From contig JANNXA010000009.1 of assembly GCA_031409275.1 (NCBI GenBank), forward strand, positions 64,001-128,000: a DNA stretch of 64,000 nt, given 5' to 3'. The position numbers were made by a program, and so were the translations under genes. The DNA comes from Planctomycetota bacterium. GTDB taxonomy: Bacteria > Planctomycetota > B15-G4 > SIAN01. Below the pieces are notes generated by a model, which was not told the origin of the DNA, did not search any database, and was given only the letters and a program-made list of their open reading frames with translations. Below, one piece after another: positions 8,671-17,510 of the stretch (positions are counted from its first letter, which is position 1; the number at the start of each line of letters is the position of its first letter).

Positions 8671-11600
8671 CTATTCCTTCGCGGCGGCAAATCGTCCGAA
8701 GCGCAGCGCGAAGGTCGGCAGCAATAGCAGGTTGAGCAGCGTCGAGGTCGCGAGCCCGCCGAGGATCACCACCGCCATCGGCCCCTCGATCTCGCGCCCG
8801 GCGCTGCCGCTGCCGATCGCGATCGGCAACAGTCCGAGACCCGTGACCAGCGCGGTCATCAGGATCGGCAGCAGCCGCTCCGAGGCGGCACGGATCACCG
8901 TCTCGGCCCCGAACGGCGCGCTCTCCTTGACGACGACGTGCTCGATATGGGCCAGCAGCATGATCGAGTTGCGCATCGTGACGCCGAACAGCGTCACGAA
9001 ACCGACCATCGAACCCATCGACAGCGTGCCGCCCGTCCACGCCGCGGCGAGCACCCCGCCCACGAAGGCGAACGGCAGGTTGGCCAGCGCCAGCAGCAGG
9101 TTGCGCGCGTTGCCGAACGCCGCGCCGAGCAGGATCACCACCGCCAGCAGCGCCAGCGCGCCGTGCAGCAGCAACTCGTTGCGCGCCACCTCCTCCTGCT
9201 GCGCCGCGCCGCTGAACGAGAGGTAGCCGCCGATCGGCAGCGCGACGTGCCCTTCGACGCGAGCGCGCGCCTCCTCCACGAACGACGCAACGTCGCGTCC
9301 GCTCACGTTGCAGGTGACGGTCTGGCGCCGACGCCCGCCTTCGCGCAGCAGCAGGTAGCGACCCGTGGTGGCGCGCACGTGCGCGAGCTCGCTCAGCGGC
9401 ACCAGCGCGCCCGAAGGCGAGCGCAGCAGCAGCTCGCCGACGCGCGCCGGATCGTCGCGCAGCGCCGGCGCGAAGGTCGCGACGACATCGAACGAGCGCG
9501 GCCCGTCATGGATCTGCGCCAGCGTGCGCCCCTGGTAGGCGGTCTCCACGACGTCGAGCACGTCGGTCGCGGCGAAGCCCAGCGCCACCAGCCGATCGCG
9601 CCGCAACTCGACTTCCAGCGCGGGCATGCCCGGCAGCGACCCGCGCTGCACGTCGACCGCGCCGGGCACCGCCGCCAGCAGCTCGGCCAGGCGCGCAGCC
9701 GCGGCGTCGAGCGCGTCGAGCTCCTCGCCGAAGATGTTCACGACGACTTGCGCCGTCTCGCCGCTGATCGACTCGCCGATGCGATCGCCGAGGAAGGTGA
9801 GCAGCTCGGTCTGGATGCCGGGGATCGGCGCGAGCACGGCGCGGATCTCGTCGCCGACCTGCGCCTCGACGTCGGGAGCGAGCGGCACCAGCTCGATGTG
9901 GAACTCGCTGCGATGCGGCCCCCACGGATCCTCGCCGAGCTCGGCACGACCGATCTGCTGTTCGACCGTCGCCAGATGCGGGTTGCGCAGCAGCTCTTCG
10001 CTGACGCGCGCGCCGAGCCGTCGCATCTCGTCGATCGACGCGCCCGGCGCCATCGACAGCTGCAGCACGAAGTGGCCTTCACGGAAATCGGGCAGGAACT
10101 CCGACCCGAGCCACGGCACCACCGCCGCCCCGCCGCTCGCCAGCAGCAGCGCGATCAAGAGCGCCGCGAGCGGGTGGCAGACGACTCGTCGCAGCAACGC
10201 GGAGTAGGCGGCACGCAGCCGCTGCGCGAAACGCGGCTCCGCGCGCGCACCATCGCGCCGACCGAGCAGCACCAGTGCGAGCGCCGGCGTCAGCGTCAGC
10301 GCCACGACCAGCGACGCCAGCACCGCGGCGATGTAGGCGATGCCCAGCGGCGCGAAGAAGCGCCCCTGCAACCCCGACAGCATCAGCACCGGCAGGAACA
10401 CGACGACCACCACGAAGGTCGCGTGCACCACCGAGCTGCGCACTTCCAGCGACGCGTCGAGCACGACGCGGAGCGGCGAGCGCCGCGTCGCCGCGAGCGC
10501 GTTCTGGCGCAGTCGACGCACGATGTTCTCGACATCGATGATCGCGTCGTCGACCACCTCGCCGATGGCGATGGCGAGACCTCCAAGCGTCATCGTGTCG
10601 AGCGCCATCCCGAGCCGCGTCAGCACGACCACCGCCGCCAGCAGCGACAGCGGGATCGCCGTCAACGAGACGAACGCCGCCGGCGCATCGGCCAGGAAGA
10701 GGAACAGCACCACCGCCACCAGCAGCGCGCCGATCCACAGCGAGTGGCCGAGGTTGGCCACCGCGGTCTCGATGAAGTTCGCCGGTCGATGGATCCGCCC
10801 GAAGACTTCGATCCCCTGCTCCGCAAAGGCCGGCTTCAACTCGTCGAGCGCGGCCTCGACCGCGTGGGTCACTTCGAGCGTGTTGGCGCCGTACTGCGAC
10901 AGCGCCTTCACCAGCACCGCCGGCTTGCCCTGCACCAGGCAGTCCCCGAACTGCGGACGCGGGCCGTCCACCACGCTCGCCACGTCGCCGACCGTGATCG
11001 GCCGGCCGTCGCGCCACTCGACCAACGTGCGCGCGAGCTCGGCCGGGGTCAGCGCCTGCCCGCGCGTCTCGATCACCACGCGCTGCGCCGGCGTATCGAC
11101 GAAACCGGCGCCGCGAATGCCGGTGGCACGCCGCACCGCCTCGAGCAGCTGCTCGATCGCGATCCCGGCCGCGGCGAGGCGCGCCGGATCGCACTCGACC
11201 TGCAGTTGGCGCACTTCGCCGCCGAAGAGCGTCACGCTCGAGACGCCGGCGACGGCGCGCAGCCGCGGCGCGACCGTCCACTCGGCGAAGGTGCGCAGCT
11301 CCATCGGCGTGAGGTGCGTCGAGACCAGTCCGACTTTCAGCAGGTCCATCGTCGCCGACGTCAGCGGCGTCAGCTTCGGCGCCTCGACACCGGCGGGCAG
11401 CTCGCCCGCCACCGTCGCCAGCTGCTCGGCCAGCACCTGGCGTGCACGGAACGGATCGGTGCCCTCCTCGAAGGTGGCCGTCACCACGCAGAGGCCCTGA
11501 ATCGACTGCGAACGGACGGAATCGAGGTTCCCTGCGCCTTGCAGCGACGCCTCGATCGGCGCCGTGACCAGCATCTCGACCTGCTCGGCGGAAAGGCCGG

Positions 11601-11760
11601 GCGCCTCGCACTGCACCACCACCTGCGGCGGCGCGAAGTCGGGCAGCACGTCGAGCGGCGCGTGCGCCGCGACGTAGACGCCATACGCGATCAGCGCGCA
11701 CGCGACCGCGATCACCGATCCGCGGCGCGCGAGGCAGAAGGCGACCAGCGACTGGAGCAT
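8671..11760 (-). CDS. CusA/CzcA-family RND efflux permease
   Basis: Motifs DVLPDFAPPQV, GEVVDDAIIDVEN and ERLLPILMTA. Start taken at MLQSLVAF. Confidence 0.92.
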   Translation of the reverse strand: MLQSLVAFCLARRGSVIAVACALIAYGVYVAAHAPLDVLPDFAPPQVVVQCEAPGLSAEQVEMLVTAPIEASLQGAGNLDSVRSQSIQGLCVVTATFEEGTDPFRARQVLAEQLATVAGELPAGVEAPKLTPLTSATMDLLKVGLVSTHLTPMELRTFAEWTVAPRLRAVAGVSSVTLFGGEVRQLQVECDPARLAAAGIAIEQLLEAVRRATGIRGAGFVDTPAQRVVIETRGQALTPAELARTLVEWRDGRPITVGDVASVVDGPRPQFGDCLVQGKPAVLVKALSQYGANTLEVTHAVEAALDELKPAFAEQGIEVFGRIHRPANFIETAVANLGHSLWIGALLVAVVLFLFLADAPAAFVSLTAIPLSLLAAVVVLTRLGMALDTMTLGGLAIAIGEVVDDAIIDVENIVRRLRQNALAATRRSPLRVVLDASLEVRSSVVHATFVVVVVFLPVLMLSGLQGRFFAPLGIAYIAAVLASLVVALTLTPALALVLLGRRDGARAEPRFAQRLRAAYSALLRRVVCHPLAALLIALLLASGGAAVVPWLGSEFLPDFREGHFVLQLSMAPGASIDEMRRLGARVSEELLRNPHLATVEQQIGRAELGEDPWGPHRSEFHIELVPLAPDVEAQVGDEIRAVLAPIPGIQTELLTFLGDRIGESISGETAQVVVNIFGEELDALDAAAARLAELLAAVPGAVDVQRGSLPGMPALEVELRRDRLVALGFAATDVLDVVETAYQGRTLAQIHDGPRSFDVVATFAPALRDDPARVGELLLRSPSGALVPLSELAHVRATTGRYLLLREGGRRRQTVTCNVSGRDVASFVEEARARVEGHVALPIGGYLSFSGAAQQEEVARNELLLHGALALLAVVILLGAAFGNARNLLLALANLPFAFVGGVLAAAWTGGTLSMGSMVGFVTLFGVTMRNSIMLLAHIEHVVVKESAPFGAETVIRAASERLLPILMTALVTGLGLLPIAIGSGSAGREIEGPMAVVILGGLATSTLLNLLLLPTFALRFGRFAAAKE

Positions 11761-11773
11761 CGGCAGCGCCCGC

Positions 11774-13027
11774 CTATTCCTCGCCGCCGCCGCCGCCCGC
11801 CGCCATCTGCTCTTCCGAGAGCAGCACGCCGGCGCCGACGACCACGACGCGCGCGTCGGCGGCCAGGCCGCTGGCGATCCAGGCGACGCCCGCTTCCGCG
11901 CGTTCGAGCACGACCGCCGTGCGCGTGAAGCGGCCCGGTTCGACCTCGACGTAGAGCCAGTCGCGGCTGCCGAAGCGCACGATCGCCGCGGCTGGGACTT
12001 CCAGCACCGGTTGCGCGGGCCGTGCCGTGACGAGCCGCGCCACCACTCCGTCGCCGGGACGCAGCCGCCGCTGCGGATCCTGGACGCGCAGCCGCAACGC
12101 GCGGCCGACCCCATCTCCTTGCGGCGCCGGCCCGACCCGTCGCGCGGGCAGCCAGGCGTCGCCGCTCGAGCTGGCCTGCAGCGTCGCTTCCTCGCGCAAC
12201 GTCTCCGCCGCGGCGCCCGGTGGCACCACTACTTCGGCGTCCACTTCGCTGAAGTCGATCGTCCGCAGCAGCGGCTGACCGGCCTCGACCTGCTCGCCCG
12301 GTTGCGCCAGCACCGCCACGACTTCCCCCGCGCGCGCCGGCAGCAACGGCCAGGCGGGCAGCGGCGCCGGCGCGCCGTCGAGCAACGAGCGCAGCGTCTC
12401 GATCGCGCGAGCTGCTGCGGCGCGGCGGGCCACATCCGTGGCCACCTGCGCCGACGCCGCTTCGACCACCTGATCGGCGACGCCCTTGTCGTCGGCGTTC
12501 AGTGCGCGCGCCCGCTCGAGTGCCGCTTGATCGGCGCCCAGCGCCGCTTCGACGCTGGCCAGCGTCGACTCCGCTTCCGCGCGGCGCAGCTCGAGGTCGG
12601 CGCGCTCGCTTTGCGTCAGCGGCGCGACCCGCGGTTCGAGGTCGCCAAGCGGCCCATCGGCGCCGACCTCGCTGCCGAGCTCGGGCCAGGCGACCCCGGC
12701 GCGTGCGGCCAGACGACCGGCCAACGGCGCGCGCAACGTGCTCTCGTGCGAGCCATCGACTTCGATGCGACCGAACGCCAGCACGGCCTCTTCGGCCATG
12801 CGCGGCGTGGCGACCGCGACTTCGAGGCCGACCGCGGCGCGCGACTCCGCGGTGAGCACCAGCGATGTCGCGCCCGCGCCATCGCGCTCGACCGTGAACG
12901 GCGCCGGCTCGGTGGAGTGATCGCCGTCGGCCTCCGCATCGTCGTGCGCACAGGAGACCAGCCCAAGCCATGCGAGCGCGAAGGCCGCGGCAATCGGAGC
13001 GCGGTGGCGGCGCGACGACTCAACCAT
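11774..13027 (-). CDS. RND efflux periplasmic adaptor (MFP)
   Basis: Lipoprotein-like signal LGLVSC, coiled-coil hairpin, GEQVEAGQPL and VPAAAIVR. It lies between the OMF and RND genes. Confidence 0.85.
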   Translation of the reverse strand: MVESSRRHRAPIAAAFALAWLGLVSCAHDDAEADGDHSTEPAPFTVERDGAGATSLVLTAESRAAVGLEVAVATPRMAEEAVLAFGRIEVDGSHESTLRAPLAGRLAARAGVAWPELGSEVGADGPLGDLEPRVAPLTQSERADLELRRAEAESTLASVEAALGADQAALERARALNADDKGVADQVVEAASAQVATDVARRAAAARAIETLRSLLDGAPAPLPAWPLLPARAGEVVAVLAQPGEQVEAGQPLLRTIDFSEVDAEVVVPPGAAAETLREEATLQASSSGDAWLPARRVGPAPQGDGVGRALRLRVQDPQRRLRPGDGVVARLVTARPAQPVLEVPAAAIVRFGSRDWLYVEVEPGRFTRTAVVLERAEAGVAWIASGLAADARVVVVGAGVLLSEEQMAAGGGGGEE

Positions 13028-14363
13028 CGGTCGGCTCCAGCTCAGACACGTTCCAGCGCGGATCGAGCGGCCGCTGACGCGCCTCCTCGAACTGCGCAAC
13101 GGCCGCCGCGAAGGCACGATCGGCCGCGAGCTGCTCGCGCGCCAACTCGACGCTCGCGCGCCGCGTCTCGAGTTCCTGCTGGCGATCGGCGGCGCCGGTC
13201 ACCACCTGACGCGCGACCTGCTGCTCGCGCCGCGCCTGCTCGACTTGCAGCTTCGCCAGCAGCGTCCGCTCGGCGTGTGCCGCCGCGAAACTGGCCCGCG
13301 CCGCGTCCATCGCGGCGAGCGCCGACGCCTGCTGCATGCGGAAACGCGCCGCCACGGCATCGCGTTGCGCGACCGCCGCCGCAATCGGACCCTCGTTGCG
13401 ATCGAAGAGCGGCAGCTCCACCCCGACTCCGAGCTGGAAGTGGCGCTCGCCCTGGTCGTACTGCCAACCGGGTCCCAGATGGAGCTCCGGCCATTGCTTC
13501 GCCACTTCGAGCTCGATCTGCCGCTCGGCCGCTTCGTACTCGGCAAGCGTCACGCGCAGGTCGAGGCGATCGGCCGCATCCGCGGTGAAGGTCGCGGCAT
13601 CTGGAGGCGCCGCGGTGTCCGCGAGCGCGAGGCGGTGGCGGGCAAGTTCGGCCGGTGCCACCCCCACGGCCGCGGCCAGACGCGCGGTCGCTTGCTCGAG
13701 CTGCGCCGCGGAACGCGCGATCTCCAGCTCCGCACGCCCCGAGGCGAGCTCCGCCGCGCTGCGCTCTCCGCTGCTCGCCGCACCGGCAGCCACTCGCGTC
13801 GCGACCAGCGCCGCCTGACGAGCGGTCAGATCTTGCTGCTGGCGCGACAGCTCCAACTCTCGTTGCGCGAAGCGTCGCTGCGCCGCCGCATCGCGGACTT
13901 CCGAGTAGATGCGCCAGATCGTGCGCGACCGTTCGAGCAACGCGAGTGCGATCTCCTGATCCGCGATCGCCAACTGCCGCTCGCGACGCTCGCCCTGCCA
14001 GCCAAGGAGATCGAGCGCGACGCCGAACGACCAGCTGATCGGCGCATCGGTGCGCGTGATGTACTCCGGCGTCAACGTCAGGGCCGGGTTTCGCCGCGCC
14101 CCGGTCGCCGTGCGCGCCGCGATCCGACCCGCGATCGCCGCCGCCTCGGCCGCGAGCTCCGGGCGCAGACGCAGCGCGCTCCTCGTCAAGGCGACGACAT
14201 CGAGCGCGTCGCCCTCGGGAAGCTCGCGCGTCGCGGCGAGCTGCTGCTCACGAGCGGGGTCGAGCGGCTGGCGGTCGACCGCGGTGCACGACGTCAGCGC
14301 CGTCGCGGCGAGGGCCAGGACGAAACGACTTCGTCGGCGTCGATGGAGATGGGTGAGGTGCAG
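13020..14363 (-). CDS. TolC-family outer membrane factor (lipoprotein)
   Basis: Lipobox LTSC and LPLFDRNEGPIA. The start is uncertain: CTG at 14363 follows an AAAGGGG RBS, while the ORF-track ATG at 14462 lies inside the predicted promoter. Confidence 0.8.
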   Translation of the reverse strand: MHLTHLHRRRRSRFVLALAATALTSCTAVDRQPLDPAREQQLAATRELPEGDALDVVALTRSALRLRPELAAEAAAIAGRIAARTATGARRNPALTLTPEYITRTDAPISWSFGVALDLLGWQGERRERQLAIADQEIALALLERSRTIWRIYSEVRDAAAQRRFAQRELELSRQQQDLTARQAALVATRVAAGAASSGERSAAELASGRAELEIARSAAQLEQATARLAAAVGVAPAELARHRLALADTAAPPDAATFTADAADRLDLRVTLAEYEAAERQIELEVAKQWPELHLGPGWQYDQGERHFQLGVGVELPLFDRNEGPIAAAVAQRDAVAARFRMQQASALAAMDAARASFAAAHAERTLLAKLQVEQARREQQVARQVVTGAADRQQELETRRASVELAREQLAADRAFAAAVAQFEEARQRPLDPRWNVSELEPTDG

Positions 14364-14405
14364 CTCCGTCCCCTTTCCAGAATCACGGTCCCGGCGAAGC
14401 GGCGA

Positions 14406-14470
14406 ATGGTAGGTCGACGCGACCGGCCGCGCGAGCCGCCGTCTGACGACGATGTCAGCCATTCGTCAGG
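14406..14470 (-). promoter_or_regulatory. CusR/CopR-like operator plus -10 box for the RND operon
   Basis: CTGAC-N6-GTCAG palindrome at 14443-14458 within a 30-bp motif (14441-14470). TACCAT lies 29 nt downstream. Confidence 0.6.
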
Positions 14471-14531
14471 TGACGTCGATCGCGAGGACGCCCACGATCA
14501 GGCTTGATCGCCATGACCCGGCGCTGCAGCG

Positions 14532-15425
14532 GTGGCGTCATCGAGGAAGACCATCCTGAGCAGCGAACCGACGCGCCACTGGCACCCCGCGAAGGGGACG
14601 AGGTCGACGGCTCGTCGCGCCATCGACCACGGCCCGTCGCGTACCCTCCTCGCGTTGCTGTTCGCTGGCGCCGGATGCGGAACCATGCGTGACGGTGGCC
14701 GTTGGAGCGATGAGGCCACGCTGCTTCCCGCGCCGCAGCGAATCGCGGCGGCGGCGCGCCACGCCATCACCGATCCGTGGACCTGGCTGCCGTTGGCGGG
14801 TGCCGGCGTCGTCGGCCTCGGGGGATGGGATCGCGACATCTCCGACTGGGCACGCCGCGAGACGCCCATCTTCGGAAGCGAGAAGGCCGCGATACGCGCG
14901 GGCGGGACGCTGGGCAGCATCAGCCGCGACGCATGGATCGCCTCCGCGGTAGCGACGCCGAGCGGCGACGAGCCGCTCGCGTGGGTCGGCGACAAGTTGC
15001 GCGGGCTGTCGATCGAGTGGGCGGCGACCCTGGCGACTAGCGCCAGCACCGGCGCGCTGAAGGGCGCCCTCCACCGCGAACGCCCCAACGGAGCCAACCA
15101 ACGCAGCCTCCCGAGCAGCGCCACTTCGGACGCCTTCGCCCAGAACGCGCTCGTTCGTCGCAACCTCGACGCCATCGATGCCCCATGGCCCATCGACCTC
15201 GCCGCTCGAGCGGGAATCGGAGCGGTGGCAGCCGGCGTTGCATGGTCGCGAGTGGAGGCGGGCGCCCACTACCCCGTCGATGTCCTCACGGGTGCGGCAC
15301 TCGGCAACTTCATCGCAGTCTTCATTCACGACGCATTCCTCGGTCTTCCGGACGGCGTCGCATTGGAAGCGTTCGCACAGCCCGCCACCGGCGAGTTCGC
15401 GCTCGGCGTGACGTACCGCTTCTGA
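14532..15425 (+). CDS. PAP2-family phosphatase-like protein
   Basis: C1 KGALHRERP and C3 SRVEAGAHYPVDV are present, but C2 reads PSSA instead of PSGH. The start is uncertain. Confidence 0.75.
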   Translation: MASSRKTILSSEPTRHWHPAKGTRSTARRAIDHGPSRTLLALLFAGAGCGTMRDGGRWSDEATLLPAPQRIAAAARHAITDPWTWLPLAGAGVVGLGGWDRDISDWARRETPIFGSEKAAIRAGGTLGSISRDAWIASAVATPSGDEPLAWVGDKLRGLSIEWAATLATSASTGALKGALHRERPNGANQRSLPSSATSDAFAQNALVRRNLDAIDAPWPIDLAARAGIGAVAAGVAWSRVEAGAHYPVDVLTGAALGNFIAVFIHDAFLGLPDGVALEAFAQPATGEFALGVTYRF

Positions 15426-15493
15426 TCTCCGCACGACGCTCGCAGCCGCTTGGCCCGAGGAAGACGTGACCGGCACAGACCGATTCGCCCGGT

Positions 15494-16654
15494 TCAGCTC
15501 GTCGGTGGTCGATTCGGAAGCACGATGCGAAACGTCGCCCCAGCACCGACGGCGCTGTCGACCTCGATCGCGCCGCCGTGCGCCTCGATGGTGGCGCGAG
15601 CGAGCGCCAGCCCGAGCCCCGCCCCGCCGCTTGCGCCGTCCACGGCCGGGTCGCGGGTACGCGACGAATCGAGCCTTCGGAAGCGCTCGAAGATGCTCGC
15701 CTGATCGTCTGGCGCGATCCCCGGGCCCTGATCCATGACCTCGACGACGCACCGGGTGGCGATCGGGCGCGATCGCACCGTGATGGCGGTTCCCGGCGGC
15801 GAATAGCGAATCGCGTTGTCGAGCAGGTTCGCGATCGCACGGCGCACCAGCGAGCGATCCACGCGGACCGGCAGCGGCGCGTCGAGATCGATGATCAGCC
15901 GCTGGCGCTTCTCGTCGGCGAGCGTCGCAAGCTGGTCGACGACTCGCCGCGCGAGCTCGGAGAGATCCGCATCGTCGATCTCGAGCGGGTGCGAACCATC
16001 GTCGGAGCGCGCGAGCGTCAGCAGCGATTCCACGAGATGGGTCAGGCCGTCGAGCTCCTCGAGCATGCTTCCCATCGCTTCGCGCAGAGCCTCCGGGTCG
16101 CGCCGCTCGCGCAGACTCACTTCGCCGATCGCGCGCAATGCGGTGAGCGGAGTGCGCAGCTCGTGCGATGCGTCCGCCGTGAAGCGGCGCAGCGCAGCGA
16201 ATGAAGCGTCGAGGCGCGCGATCATCGCGTTCATGGTCGTCGCCAGTCGGCCAAGCTCGTCGTCCGGATTCGCGACCGGCACCCGTTCGTCGAGACGATC
16301 CGCGGTGATTCGCGCCGCGTGCGTGGTGAGTCGATCGACGGGCGCCAGCGCGCGTTTCGCCAGCAGATAGCCAGCGGCACCGGCCAGCAACATTCCTGGC
16401 GCGATCACGAGGAGCAGCGCCATCACCAGCTCGCCCAGCTCCTGCTCGACCGAAGCCGATTGCGTGTCGTAGGCCGGGCCGCGCACGATCGGCACCGACG
16501 CGGCATCGCGCGCCCCCTGCTCCTCGAGCGCCTCGAACGCCTCATGGCGCACCCATCCGTAGACCGCCATGTCATGGAGCAGCAGCAGCACTCCGAACGT
16601 CGCCGAATAGGCCAACGCGAGACGGACGCGCACGCTCTTCGGTCGCCAGCTCAC
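15494..16654 (-). CDS. Sensor histidine kinase (CusS-like cytoplasmic part)
   Basis: Two TM helices, HAMP, FTADASHELRTPL, NLLDNAIRY, DQGPGI and GAGLGL. Confidence 0.93.
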   Translation of the reverse strand: MSWRPKSVRVRLALAYSATFGVLLLLHDMAVYGWVRHEAFEALEEQGARDAASVPIVRGPAYDTQSASVEQELGELVMALLLVIAPGMLLAGAAGYLLAKRALAPVDRLTTHAARITADRLDERVPVANPDDELGRLATTMNAMIARLDASFAALRRFTADASHELRTPLTALRAIGEVSLRERRDPEALREAMGSMLEELDGLTHLVESLLTLARSDDGSHPLEIDDADLSELARRVVDQLATLADEKRQRLIIDLDAPLPVRVDRSLVRRAIANLLDNAIRYSPPGTAITVRSRPIATRCVVEVMDQGPGIAPDDQASIFERFRRLDSSRTRDPAVDGASGGAGLGLALARATIEAHGGAIEVDSAVGAGATFRIVLPNRPPTS

Positions 16655-17352
16655 GCCGGCTCCTCGCGCAGGATGAAGCCGACGCCGCGCACGGTATGGA
16701 GCAGCCTCGTCGTCGCGTCCAGGTCGACCTTGCGTCGCAGTCGAGCCATGGTGACATCGATGACATTGTCAAGCGACGTTGCCCGTCCGGTCTCCTGCCA
16801 GACTTCTCGTGCCAGCATCTCGCGCGAAACGAGCTGCCCCTGGTGGATCAGCAAGAAGTCGAGCAGTTCGTACTCGCGCTGGGTGAGTTCGAGCGGGCGA
16901 CCGCCACGCGTTCCGCGACGATCGCGAGGATCGAGGATCAGGTCGGCGCAGCGACGAGGGGCGGCCGCGTCGGGTCGCGTGCGGCGCAACAAGGCACGCA
17001 AGCGCGCGACGAGTTCCGCGAAGGCGAAGGGCTTGACCAGGTAATCGTCGGCGCCGGCATCGAGCCCGGTGATGCGATCGTCGACGTCGTCGCGAGCCGT
17101 GAGGATCAGGACTGGCACCTCGTGTCCGGCTCGTCGCAGCGCCTTCAAGACCTCGACGCCGTCGCGTCCGGGCAGCATCCAGTCGAGCACCAGCAGCGCG
17201 AAGGGCTCGGTCGTGGCGAGGAAGTAGCCGTCGGTCCCGCTGCTCGCCAAGGAGACGTCGAAGCCCTCGCCGCGCAGCCCCTCTTCGAGTGCGTGCGCGA
17301 GCTTGAGCTGATCTTCGATCACGAGGATGCGGGGACGCTCCGATGACGGCAT
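16651..17352 (-). CDS. OmpR-family response regulator (CusR-like)
   Basis: Motifs LVIED, LDWMLPG, GADDYLVKPF and LHTVRGVG. Confidence 0.93.
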   Translation of the reverse strand: MPSSERPRILVIEDQLKLAHALEEGLRGEGFDVSLASSGTDGYFLATTEPFALLVLDWMLPGRDGVEVLKALRRAGHEVPVLILTARDDVDDRITGLDAGADDYLVKPFAFAELVARLRALLRRTRPDAAAPRRCADLILDPRDRRGTRGGRPLELTQREYELLDFLLIHQGQLVSREMLAREVWQETGRATSLDNVIDVTMARLRRKVDLDATTRLLHTVRGVGFILREEPA

Positions 17353-17359
17353 GCCGCTG

Positions 17360-17424
17360 ATGCTAGGCCGGCGCCGCTGTGTACCGCCTTGAACGCCTTG
17401 CATCGTTGTAAGCCAATCTTCAGG
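17360..17424 (-). promoter_or_regulatory. Probable autoregulatory operator plus -10 box (leaderless) of the RR-HK operon
   Basis: 17395-17424 matches the 14441-14470 motif at 21/30 positions. TAGCAT lies 29 nt downstream and 7 nt before the ATG. Confidence 0.6.
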
Positions 17425-17510
17425 CGGGACCCGTCGCAGGGGGAAGACGTGCATCGGACCGGCTAACGTCTCGCGCCGCGAATCACCGTCCGACTTGTTG
17501 GAGGTTCGAG

